Assembly (NCBI GenBank): GCA_002269645.1
Contig: NIVC01004752.1
Coordinates: 1-36,146 of the forward strand
Source: Macrostomum lignano
Lineage: Eukaryota
DNA: 36,146 nt
Direction of reading: 5' to 3'
Both the position numbers and the translations under genes were made by a program. The notes under the pieces are model-generated. The model worked only from the letters and a program-made list of their open reading frames with translations. It did no database searches and was not told the DNA's origin. Below, one piece after another: positions 19,029 through 29,739 of this stretch (its first letter is position 1; each line of letters begins with the position of its first letter).

Positions 19029-19480
19029 ACCAAGGCCCTTAAGGCACTAAGGTTCAGAAAAATGCATCAGAAGCAAATTTCCACTTCTCTCTAATTGTTT
19101 CTACGGGCGCATTCTTGAAAAATCACTTTGCAAAAATTCGGAAAAATATTTGGAGCAAAATTGCAGTTCTTGCTATTAAAAAATGAAAATTTTCATTTCG
19201 TAAATTGGATTTTTGCAACAAAAAAACTGTAGAAACTGTGGGTTGTTTCAATTCTCACTATTTCTGTTCGGATCAAAAGGGTGTCTTCGGTGTTTTTAAT
19301 TTAAATTTAATTGCTCTCAGTTAAATTAAGCCCCGCGGCGGTACAGCTCAGAGGGACAGCAAATGTTGCTTGATGAATCTCGTAAATACGGGTACAACAA
19401 TGTTTTTGTTAACGAATTATCAGTTCTTTAATGGATTATCAAAGTTATCAAATTCATCAAATCATCGCATGTCCGCGGCA

Positions 19481-20322
19481 TCACACGGAAGCAACGCCGA
19501 ACGCCTCGAACTCGCACAAGTTGATGTCCCGCGGGTGGTAGGTTCTGCGGTTCACAATCCTCACTTGCGAGCCGAACGTGCCGCAGGTGAAGTTGGCCAT
19601 GGAGAACGGCACGCTGACGTTCACCTGCTTGCATTCGGACCCGTCAACGAGGAGATCGAGAGTGTTGAATCTGTCAGAGCAGCAGTCCTGCCTGTTGTGG
19701 ATGGTGACGAAGGACACGAAAGACAGGGCGGCGAGGACGGCCTCCCACCACTCATTCATGTTGCTTCCAGTGCAGGAACCAGCATGCAAATTCGAGTTCG
19801 TGTTGCCGTCAATGGCCCGCTGGAAGACATTGTCCTGAGCTCGAACTCTGGTCGCAGTCGAGAATCTGCAGCTTCTCCAAAGCTGGATTCGGGTCAATAA
19901 AGACATGAAAATTGAAATAATCTGCATTGCATAGGCTTAATACACTTAGTTACATACAATAAGGTTTTGAAAACTTGGGAAGCTTCAAGCAAACTTTTAC
20001 ACCCAAAGCCTACCTATTACGAAGACCTCGCACTTGCCGGTGCTGACCCAGGCGCTGGCAATGTAAAACGCCTGCATGTCAAACAGCCGACACGCTCCGA
20101 GCAGCCAATAGAAGCCGAAGCAGTCCGGCCTGAGGCCGCACATGAAGCCGCAGCTGATCTTGTTGGGTCCGGGCAGAGAAGCGAAATCTAGCCGAGCGAC
20201 AGCGCTGCCACTGTTGGACTTGGTGAATTTCAGGACCAAGTTGCCGCCCTCAGCAGCAAAGAGAATTGCAAGACAATGGTGCTCATGGCAACCATGAAGT
20301 GTATAACAAATCTGATGAGCAT
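19481..20322 (-). pseudogene. Frameshifted paralog of the PAN + F-type lectin gene
   Basis: Same phase-1 intron position (intron 20013-19883) and same motifs (CGFMC..CFGFYWLLGACRLFD, AIDGN, NRQDCC). The signal-peptide ATGs (20322/20295/20286) are out of frame with the PAN domain. A second frameshift lies at about 19817-19835. The fucose-binding His is absent (SCTGS instead of SCTHT). Confidence 0.75.
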
Positions 20323-20473
20323 TTTTATTCCACTTTTAAACAAATTTATCCGTATGACTACCCACAAAGTTGGCCATTCGAGGACGTGAAGTCGTTTTTA
20401 GCTAGACTGATTTTGTACAAACTAGAGTTTATATGTTTATTGGATGAATCCAGTTGCTTTGTCACCCCATTGT

Positions 20474-20634
20474 CAGGGGCGTAGCCAGGAATTTCCTACG
20501 GGGGGATACACCAAGGTAAAAGTGCTATGACAGAGTCACATAGTAGCATGTATAGCAACAAAGGGCAACAAAAAAGTTTTGGTCAGGCTATTCTGGGGGA
20601 TACATCCCCCCTATCCCCCCTCCCTACGCCCCTG
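20474..20634. mobile_element. hAT-type MITE, 161 bp
   Basis: 11-bp TIR CAGGGGCGTAG/CTACGCCCCTG and a perfect 8-bp TSD CCCATTGT (20466-20473 and 20635-20642). Confidence 0.88.
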
Positions 20635-21447
20635 CCCATTGTCCCAACCAATATCTTCTGGAAATTTTATGCTGTCAGTAATCAGGGGTGAGGCGCATTG
20701 TTCGTGACTGGCTGTCGGTACAAGAGCTGTCGAACAGGTTAGGAGATTCAAAGTGACAGAACAGTGGAATGCGGTAAAACAAACATTAAAACAAAAACAT
20801 CACAGCTTCCTAGATTCGAGCAGACGTTGTACGTTATAGTAGTTCGACTTTAGAACAAGATATTGTAGCACAGAAGACAGCAAAACGAAAAATAACAACA
20901 AAGACAACAGAAAGAAACACTAGAACAACCAAACCTTCATGCATTATACACTATGCAATGCGTGAGTCTTCAGAATGTCTAAATCAGCATTGTGTAATTT
21001 TAAACTGAAAAATATTACTAAATTCACGCCAATACGAGCGCGTAAGTACGAGTAAGAGCATCTTTCCTGATGTTTGAGAACTCGTAATGTTAAAGCGTTG
21101 CAAAAATTTTAATAAATAATTGGCAAACAAATAGTTCAGCAGACGTGCCTACTGAAAGTAACATGATAGGCATTTTCATTTTGGTTCTTCGAAGTTAACG
21201 TTTTGATAACGATTTGCATAGCTTTCGAGGCATGCGAGAACTTCATGCTTTGGTTTATCCATCCGCTGCACTTACCATAGACTTCTCAGAGCTGCAATCA
21301 GCTGCATCCCAGCATCACTTGATTAGCCTAGCCCTCACGACGTGCTGCATGTGCAACCGCATTCTTCAACAACTCGGAATCAAACTTCAACAGCAACATA
21401 AGCCAGTAAAACAAATATCTTTGTGTCGAGAAGACCAACAGAGAAAC

Positions 21448-21750
21448 ATGAATCCTGCCACGTCGTCGTGCGAGTGCGAGCACTTCCAGGAAGCCGTGCG
21501 CAAATTCAGACGCGTCAGGGAAGGCAAAGTGGCGGCTGCTCAATCAGCGGCGGCGAAGTCCGAGCCGCCCGAGTCCTCCTCGCCGTCCGCCGAGAATCAG
21601 CACAACGAAAAGCAGCCGGCCGCCGCTCAGCCGAAGCCGCTGTTCAATTATCCGAGCCTGTGCGATGAATCCAAGCCGGAGAGGCTGCCCAGTCTGGAGA
21701 ATCACGTGATGCGAGGCGCTCAGGCCAGGACTGCTTCTGGGTCGGATTGA
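21448..21750 (+). CDS. Hypothetical 100-aa protein, low complexity (A/S/P/E-rich)
   Basis: A GC-rich ORF from ATG 21448 in an AT-richer context, with C/G-ending codons like the genuine exons here. No recognised domain. Confidence 0.4.
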   Translation: MNPATSSCECEHFQEAVRKFRRVREGKVAAAQSAAAKSEPPESSSPSAENQHNEKQPAAAQPKPLFNYPSLCDESKPERLPSLENHVMRGAQARTASGSD

Positions 21751-22099
21751 CGGCCTCTGGGACCTTCAAATAATTCTAACATAGACGCAACACACTCCAC
21801 AATCGTATAAGATTATTTTAACACAGCTGGAGACCGTCTTTACTTTTGACATTTGTACTGCCTAAGCATGTAAATGATGCGTCGGTTTGTTAACTTACAT
21901 TCTTTATGGGAGCCATGATAGTAGCCACTCTCTCAAGGCTTGACATCTCACAAGTACGAGGCTCCGATTCGGAGGGTCACATTTATCAACACTAAATTTC
22001 ACAACTATAAAATAGACTGAAGGGATTGGAGACTTCACAAACCGAAACAGTACTGAGGCGTTTCATATTACCCAATTCATAGCTGCTAAGAGTTGAAAC

Positions 22100-22350
22100 T
22101 AAAAGAATCTAGCCTAGTGGTCCAAGCGTTGGACTTGGAGCGTCGAACATGAAAGGTCGGAGGTTCGATTCTCAACCCACTCGGAACAATTTGTGTCCTT
22201 GAGCAAGAAAATTAACTCTGCATTGCTTCAGTTCACCCAGCTGTAAAATGGGTGCCAGCATTAGCTGGAGTGATTGAGCGTGTGTGTGGCGACCCCCCAG
22301 TCCTTGGATTGAACAGCCGTACGCAGCCTTTTATATACAAACAGCCTTTT
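22100..22350 (+). mobile_element. tRNA-derived SINE with a CORE-like central domain
   Basis: A box tagcctagtgg (22110) and B box ggttcgattct (22162). These are followed by tgtgtccttgagcaag..ttaactct...gcttcagtt...ctgtaaaatggg, which resembles the MIR/CORE consensus TGTGACCTTGGGCAAG..TTAACCTCTCT..GCCTCAGTTT..TCTGTAAAATGGG. The 3' boundary is approximate. Confidence 0.75.
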
Positions 22351-22938
22351 GTAGATAAAAATATAAAAAATGAATCCTAAAACTCCAGGAAACGATCCTT
22401 CTGGGCGTAGGTTGAACAAAAAGAAGCTTAACAAGACAAAAACTGAAAATTTCGGGTTTGCAAAACGACTCCACCGAAACCAATACTGGAAGGATTGGCG
22501 CACAGCAACTCGACTCCGCCATCATGACTCAGCCCACAAAAAATTACATTGAGTATTTTCAAGCTTTAAAAGCAGCCCCCATTCCAAATAATCAATTTTT
22601 GGCGGCAAATTCTTTTTGATAAATATTTTTGACAGCAGTGTATCGCGAATGATGCCTTCATACACGGAATTAAAACAATCATCGTAGCTGACTACCGAGA
22701 GCAGAACCAGATTACTTGTAGAACGCCGTCAGAAAAATTGTAATTTAAAAATGAAAAAAGACTTTCACCAAATGAACAAAGCTGGGATATTTAATTGAAA
22801 CGACCATTTTGTTTTGCGGGTACCCGCAGTGTCCTCAGTAGGCATTGCTTAATTTAAAAATTTCCCAAACAGTAGGCCCAAGCAATTGTCACTGATTGAC
22901 TGTCGATTAGCGTAATTGAACACTTCAATCTGCTACTT

Positions 22939-22989
<51 letters not shown>
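22939..22989. repeat. (CTA)17 microsatellite
   Basis: Directly visible. Confidence 0.97.
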
Positions 22990-23186
22990 AAAATGTTCAC
23001 ACCAATTATAGTAATTGAAATCAGAATTCAAGCAAAATAGGTCTATGAAAAAATACCCACTAATTGACGACCAATTTCACTGATTGGAAATTTGTTAATT
23101 AAATTTACACTTCATAAAAGAAGAGAAATTTCAAGCGAATCATCCCTAAATCTTGACTGACTTTTGTCACAGAAAAGCGGCAAACC

Positions 23187-24667
23187 ATGCGCCACTTGCT
23201 TCTGATCTCCCTGCTACTTGGCGTGACAGCTCATCGTCTCAATGCTGTCGGCAGCGCAATCTGGCGGCGAGTGCAGCTCAACCTGACTGAGTACCGAACT
23301 CTGCAAGTTTTCCCCAGCAGTAAGCTCATCGAGTGCCTGACTGCTGCCACTGCCGACACCGACGCCGTGCTGTTCGCTGAGCAGACGGGGCTGTGCAGCC
23401 TCATGAGCTGCCCGAAGGGCCGGCTGGGCTGTCAGAAATGTCGGCATTTCAATCAACCGGACCTGCCGCCGTCCGTCTGGGTGAGTTCGACTCACCGAGT
23501 TTCCAGTTCTCGCCTTCAAAAACTTGATGATGAGATGAACAAGCACACTCCAGCTGCCTTTTCTTTGAGATACCGAAACAAAACATGATAATATTAATTA
23601 GAGACTTAGCGAGCAATTCTAGCTGAGATATCAAGGCTCAAAGTTGATAATTCTTGATATCAGACCTATTTCTTTCCTGCTTTTTGCACATTTAATTTCT
23701 AAGAAAGTAAGCATAGCATTACGTTTTTTAATAAGGAGCTTTTTGGGTATTTTTTTCTTTGTTGTCTCCCCAACGGGGGCTACAACTGCTATTCCAATGA
23801 ACAAATTTCGCTCTATTAAAAAAATTAAGGACCACTGTAGCATCAGGTCCAGGACGCAAAAGTTTCAATCGAAGAGAACTCATTGGACAGTCCGATTTTA
23901 ATCTCGAGTTTGCACATTGACTTCATTTGATTCTTGGAAGCATTCGAAGTTAGGATTTTTTACTGCATGGAAAACTAAAGTAAAAGGAGGCAATATCTCA
24001 CCTGGACTTTAGCTGGTCATTCGAGCCATCTTACTGTCGAATCCGTTCGCTTTATCATCTAACGCAGATTCGAGCATCTCAGAGTCGCGTCACTTGCTGG
24101 AGAACCTTCCAGCACAGGGTTGACGGCTCGCTGAGCTTCAACCGCAACTGGGCCGCGTACGTCAGCGGCTTCGGCCAGACCGAGCACGCCAACTTCTGGA
24201 TGGGCCTGCAGCCGCTGCACCTTCTGACTCTGGACGGCACTCGGCGACTCCGGTTTGAGTTCGGCGACTGGGACGGCAACTGGTACTGGACGGAGAATCC
24301 CAACTTCACGGTAGCTGGCTCAGCCGACAATTACCGAGTCAGGATCGGGCCACTCGATGCCAGCAGGTCCAGCGTGCCCCAGTACAACCGCGGCTCTATG
24401 TGGAATATCCACAACTTTCAGTTCTCCACTCCTGATCAGGACAATGACGTGGCTGCAGTGAACTGCGCCTCCCTGCGCTCGGCTGGCTGGTGGTACGGCT
24501 ACTGCAACTCCTTCAACCCCAACGGAATCTACTATGCGCCTCCGTTTCCGCCGGGCTTCGACTCCAGCTACTCACCTCTGTACTATTTCTACGACGGCTC
24601 CACGACCCCGCTCGACATGGACTACTCCATGCAAACTGTCGAGTGCCTGGTCGAGGATACACCTTGA
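23187..24667 (+). CDS. Secreted PAN/apple-like + fibrinogen-related domain (FReD, ficolin-like) protein, 2 exons, 297 aa
   Basis: Exon 1 23187-23480 has a signal peptide and Cys pattern, with donor TGG|gtgagt. Exon 2 24068-24667 is in phase 0 and has WRTFQHRVDGSLSFNRNWAAYVSGFG, FWMGL, LRFEFGDWDG, FSTPDQDND, NCA..AGWWYGYC and NPNG. Confidence 0.88.
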
Positions 24668-25849
24668 GTATATATGATTAATTGAAGACATTATCAAACC
24701 TCGAACCAGTTGAGTGAGATACAATTAACTTACCAATCGAGTAACCAGAAGATCGAAATTCGCTGCTCCGATTTCTGCCCCTGTAGATAGTCCACACTGT
24801 TGGCAGTGGCAAATAAATATTCAAATGTTGCATCTCAAAACTTTTGGCCGATTCTTGAACTTCTTGCACTAATCTGGATCATCGAAATGCAGGTGTCTTT
24901 CGGAAACGAATTAGGCTGAAACTGGATAAAACGAGCGAAAAATTTGCTTCAAAATTTTCCCAGTTCGAACCAACGAGTCTTCAGTGGCATTTTCCTGAAT
25001 TTAAAGTGGATTAACTACTGAAATCTGCACTTCGTACGTACGCACGGTAAAATTTAGACTTTCTATCTCTCTAAATCGGGCCTTAAAATAAATTATCTAT
25101 CGAACGCGACTCAAGTGTTCGTCTTGATAGAACGACAACTTTTAGCGCAGTTTGAGAGACCCAGACAGCCCAGTTCAGTAGGAGGCCCCCACCGGCTGTT
25201 TGACAACGCCATGGCCAACGCGGGGGAGAGTCAGAGAGCGCGCATTCTTTGGGCATAAGTTACATTGAGATGACAGCAAGATCCTCAACCCAGTGTTTGA
25301 TGATGCGAATAGACGCTGTTTCGGTGTTACGAGCGTATATAAGATTCACGTTTTGACTTTTTATAAGAACAGACTCATCTTGATTGACCAATTTTTGTGC
25401 TTAGAGACACGATCTAACGTTAGTATTCGCAACTGCTATTGGTATCTTATTGACGTGGTGTTAGTTGATAGTTCCACAACAAAAGTAGTGCGCACGAGTT
25501 TTAATTCGACTTAAAAAAATTGCTCGATTCTGCACTCTGTGGAATTCTGTGCGTACATCTGGCTCAGTTTCAGTTTGCTGTGTTTCTAAAAATAGCGCGC
25601 GGTGATAAAATATCAGTTTTCTATTTTTAAACTGCGTAGAATTATGAAAGGAATATATAAATATAAGCATACATGAGCTGTATATCAACGTCAGTTGACA
25701 AGTTCTCAGCAGAATCACTTCGTCCACTCGCGTCTCGGTTGGCTAGATTCAGCCACACTGCAGCCTTCTGTAAGTTCCATGAAATACAAAATATTCCATT
25801 AGATTATCGATTCCTTACTGTACTAATTTTTACTCCCATCTTTGTTGTC

Positions 25850-27535
25850 TCCCCAGATAGAAAGACAATGGGGGTGTATTTTAAATACACACATTTTCCT
25901 TTGTCTGTATCTCCGAAAATATTCAACCAATTGCCATGAAACTCCCGAACACGGGCAAAAATTTTCCACTCTATTCGATGGAGCAACTTCGAGAATCACA
26001 AAAAATCGGCATCGTCGAGATATTCAACGATTCTCCTCGGGGTGTCTGGTGGCAAAAACCACCAACATTGGCAAAATTTTTCTGCTCACAAAATCTCATC
26101 ATGAAACCACGTCGGCTCGACAAACTATGCATATCAGTCGTAGAAGCCTTTGTTCTCAGCATTCTAGAAACCAGGGTCTCCTTCATCTCCGTCTGTAGCA
26201 TCGGCGGCGACCGTCGGGACCTTCAACGAAAGCACCCGATCGGTGTCTCAGAGACGGCTGCGTTCCCAAAACTGAAATGGAAGAATCCTCTTCTGCATGC
26301 AGCATTCAGTCAGTAGACATAATCGGTGAATGAAATGGACGACGGCGACCCTCTAGGCTGACCTGTAGACATACGGGCGACCTTCGGGACCTTCAACGGA
26401 GTGCCACCACGCGGCCCCGACGAGCTGGAACCGCCAACATCGTGATTTTTCTATCAAGGCACCAAACCAGGCATGTCTGCATATTATACAATGGTCCTGC
26501 ACCATGTTCAGCATTCAGCTCTGTCTGGACGACCTTCGGGACCTTCAACGGAGTGCCACCACGCGGCCCCGACGAGCTGGCACCCCACCAGTACTGCGCA
26601 CGTTGTACACCAAATTAAATAGTGACAATTGACTCCGCTTTTGTGTCTATTGGCCATTTGAATAAAGTGAGCAATAACTGGCGAGTTTCACCTCAAACTG
26701 ATTGAGCAAGAGCTTAAACTCGAGCAACTGCTCTGATCTGGAGCAGTTGCTCAATGTTCATATGAATAAAGAAATTTCTCAAATGCGGAGCATTTGCTCC
26801 TCATTCTGAGCAACTGCTTGGCACCTCTTGGCCATAGACAAAGAGAAAGCGGTTTTATATTTTTCTGTCGCCAATGAAATCGGTAACTCACCGATTTAAC
26901 ATGGTGCAGAACCATTGTATAATACGCAAACATGCCTGGTTTGGTGCCTTGATAGAAAAATCACGATGTTAGCGGTTCCAGCTCGTCGGGGCCGCGTGGT
27001 GGCACTCCGTTGAAGATCCCGAAGGTCGCCTGTATGTCTACAGGTCAGCCTAGAGGGTCGCCATCGTCCATTTCATTCACCGATTATGTCTAATGTTTGA
27101 ATGCTGCATGCAGAAGACGATTCTTCCATTTCAGCTTTGGGAACGCAGCCGTCTCTGAGACGCCGATCGGGTGCTTTCGTTGAAGGTCCCGACGGTCGCC
27201 GCCGATGCTCCAGACGGAGATGAAGGGGACCCTGGTGTCTGGGATGCTGAGAACAAAGGCCTCTACGACAGATGGACCCAGATTATTGAGCCAATATGGA
27301 TTCATCATAAAGGTTTATACAGTGTAGTGTTGCCACCAGTGTCTTCGACAAGAATCGTTGAATATCTCGACGATGCTGACGTCGGATGACTTTGAAAGTT
27401 AGTTCGTCGAAAAGGGTGGAAAATTTTGATCCGTATGGTGGACTTTTACGAAAATTGGAAAATTCTGTTTGCGAGATATCGTGAAATGGGTCGTGTGTAT
27501 TTGTAATACACCCCGTGGTCTTTACCCATGGGGAA
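25850..27535. mobile_element. Long foldback / inverted-repeat structure, non-autonomous, family unknown
   Basis: 26137-26508 is a near-identical reverse complement of 26898-27269. The outer segments (about 25850-26136 and 27270-27535) still align but are more diverged. Outer boundaries are approximate. Confidence 0.8.
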
Positions 27536-27695
27536 AAATAGCGTGGTCTTTCTACTGTTAAGTATCCCAAAGTAGAGCACAGGAATCAAATTCATTCAAG
27601 ATACGTTGGCCCCTTAGCATTTTCTGACTCAAATTGTACTAAAAATTAAACATGAAATGACCAAACAAATCAATTCAATAATATTTTAGGCCAAC

Positions 27696-29383
27696 ATGCA
27701 ATGTTTTACATGTAAATGCTCTGTGGTCGGCGACAAGGGCGTTGGAAAAACCAGTCTGATCATAACTTCTGCAACCAGCCAGTTTCCATCGGAGTACGTG
27801 CCGAATACGTGCGACCCCAAGGAAATCACAGGAAAAATTGGTACAGAGGACTTCATGCTGCAATTAATTGACTTGCCGGTGCCACTGGAATACGACAGGT
27901 AAATCGAGTGCAACTGATCAGCTAAAATATAACTTTAAAACCTCTTATTAAAAGCCTGAAAGAAATCCACTTATAGCGGTCCGCAGGGCTGGCCATAGAC
28001 TATAAGTTAGCTGCCAGCTCAGCAGCACTCATCGATGTCTTTGGCTGTACATCAGACTGTACACTGCATGATAATTCATCTTGCTTTGCATACTTTCTAC
28101 TTTCCACTTCAGATTGCGTCCTCCCGCGTATCCCAGCTACGACGGCTACCTGATCTGCTTCTCGGTGATCGACCCGGCGTCATTTGAAAATGTGGAAACC
28201 AAATGGTTGCGAGAGGCTCCGAGTTACATCTACAATAGCAGTACTCCATTCGTCCTGATTGGCACCAAGGCAGATTTGAGGACAGACCCGGATGTGGTTG
28301 AGAAACTGGCAAAGAATGGAAGTGCGCCGGTCACCTTCAAGCAGGGAACAATGTTGGCTAAGAAGACTAAAGCTCTCAAGTACATTGAATGCAGTGCGCT
28401 GACACACGTGAGTGCCATTCTCTAAATATTCTGCAGGTGCTGGCGCCTCTGGTGCTGGCGCCTCTGGTGCTGGCGCCTCTGGTGCTGGCGCCTCTGGTGC
28501 TGGCGCCTCTGGTGCTGGCGCCTCTGGTGCTGGCGCCTCTGGTGCTGGCGCCTCTGGTGCTGGCGCCTCTGGTGCTGGCGCCTCTGGTGCTGGCGCCTCT
28601 GGTGCTGGCGCCTCTGGTGCTGGCGCCTCTGGTGCTGGCGCCTCTGGTGCTGGCGCCTCTGGTGCTGGCGCCTCTGGTGCTGGCGCCTCTGGTGCTGGCG
28701 CCTCTGGTGCTGGCGCCTCTGGTGCTGGCGCCTCTGGTGCTGGCGCCTCTGGTGCTGGCGCCTCTGGTGCTGGCGCCTCTGGTGCTGGCGCCTCTGGTGC
28801 TGGCGCCTCTGGTGCTGGCGCCTCTGGTGCTGGCGCCTCTGGTGCTGGCGCCTCTGGTGCTGGCGCCTCTGGTGCTGGCGCCTCTGGTGCTGGCGCCTCT
28901 GGTGCTGGCGCCTCTGGTGCTGGCGCCTCTGGTGCTGGCGCCTCTGGTGCTGGCGCCTCTGGTGCTGGCGCCTCTGGTGCTGGCGCCTCTGGTGCTGGCG
29001 CCTCTGGTGCTGGCGCCTCTGGTGCTGGCGCCTCTGGTGCTGGCGCCTCTGGTGCTGGCGCCTCTGGTGCTGGCGCCTCTGGTGCTGGCGCCTCTGGTGC
29101 TGGCGCCTCTGGTGCTGGCGCCTCTGGTGCTGGCGCCTCTGGTGCTGGCGCCTCTGGTGCTCCTAGAGGTCGTAGATAGAAGGTTGACTGCTTAATTCCA
29201 AGAATTAACTAAATTCAACCTAATCTAGACAGGTTGAAACTGTTGCAACATTTGCTGTAATAATCAGCAATTAAATTCAAATTGCAGGAAAATCTGACAT
29301 CTCTCCCTACGGAACTTGTCAGCGCTCTCCAGGAACAGTATCTCAAAAGGACCAAGAAGAAGAGAGAATGTCAAGTTCTGTAA
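27696..29383 (+). CDS. Atypical Cdc42/Rac-like Rho-family GTPase, 3 exons, 197 aa
   Basis: Exons 27696-27898, 28113-28407 and 29288-29383 splice in phase. Motifs: GDKGVGKT, FPSEYVP, EYDRLRP, CFSVIDPASFENVETKW, GTKADLR, the Rho insert, ECSALT, and the C-terminal KRTKKKRECQVL (polybasic + CAAX). AATAAA at 29432. Confidence 0.92.
28436..29161. repeat. Perfect 15-bp minisatellite (GGTGCTGGCGCCTCT)x48 in GTPase intron 2
   Basis: Units run from 28436 to 29155 with no variant seen, then a partial unit. Confidence 0.98.
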
Positions 29384-29739
29384 ATAACGACTCCTTATTA
29401 TTGCTACTTCACTACTGTGACGAACCTTGGCAATAAATTGCTGGGTTAAAACTAACTTTAAGGATGGTAATATATTTGTAAAAAGCTGAGATTGTCTGAA
29501 ATATATTCTTTTACTATTTCTCGCTTATTACTCTTGCTGATTACGGTATTTATTAATATTTTGATTTTAAATCTAATATTGTGAAAATTGTTTAACTTCA
29601 AACTTTTAATGTAAGTTTTTAGGTGTTGAATAAAAAAGATTACCACCAAAAAAATTTACGCTCGAATATTTAATTACTCAACAGTAGAATTTCTTGTTTT
29701 TTGTAACTTTATTTTATTTTATTCCAGCTGTGCTTGGGT

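Noticed and set aside
19370-19900. 176-aa plus-strand ORF
   Set aside because: It is the antisense shadow of the GC-rich F-type lectin exon; the same applies to most other short overlapping ORFs over real exons.
25936-27389. ORFs within the foldback arms
   Set aside because: They are mirrored products of the inverted repeat, with stops at different positions in the two arms and no recognisable domain.
28412-29179. (GAGAS)n silk/elastin-like protein ORF
   Set aside because: It lies inside a GTPase intron, and the repeat unit is stop-free in all six frames, so the open frame alone is not evidence of a gene.
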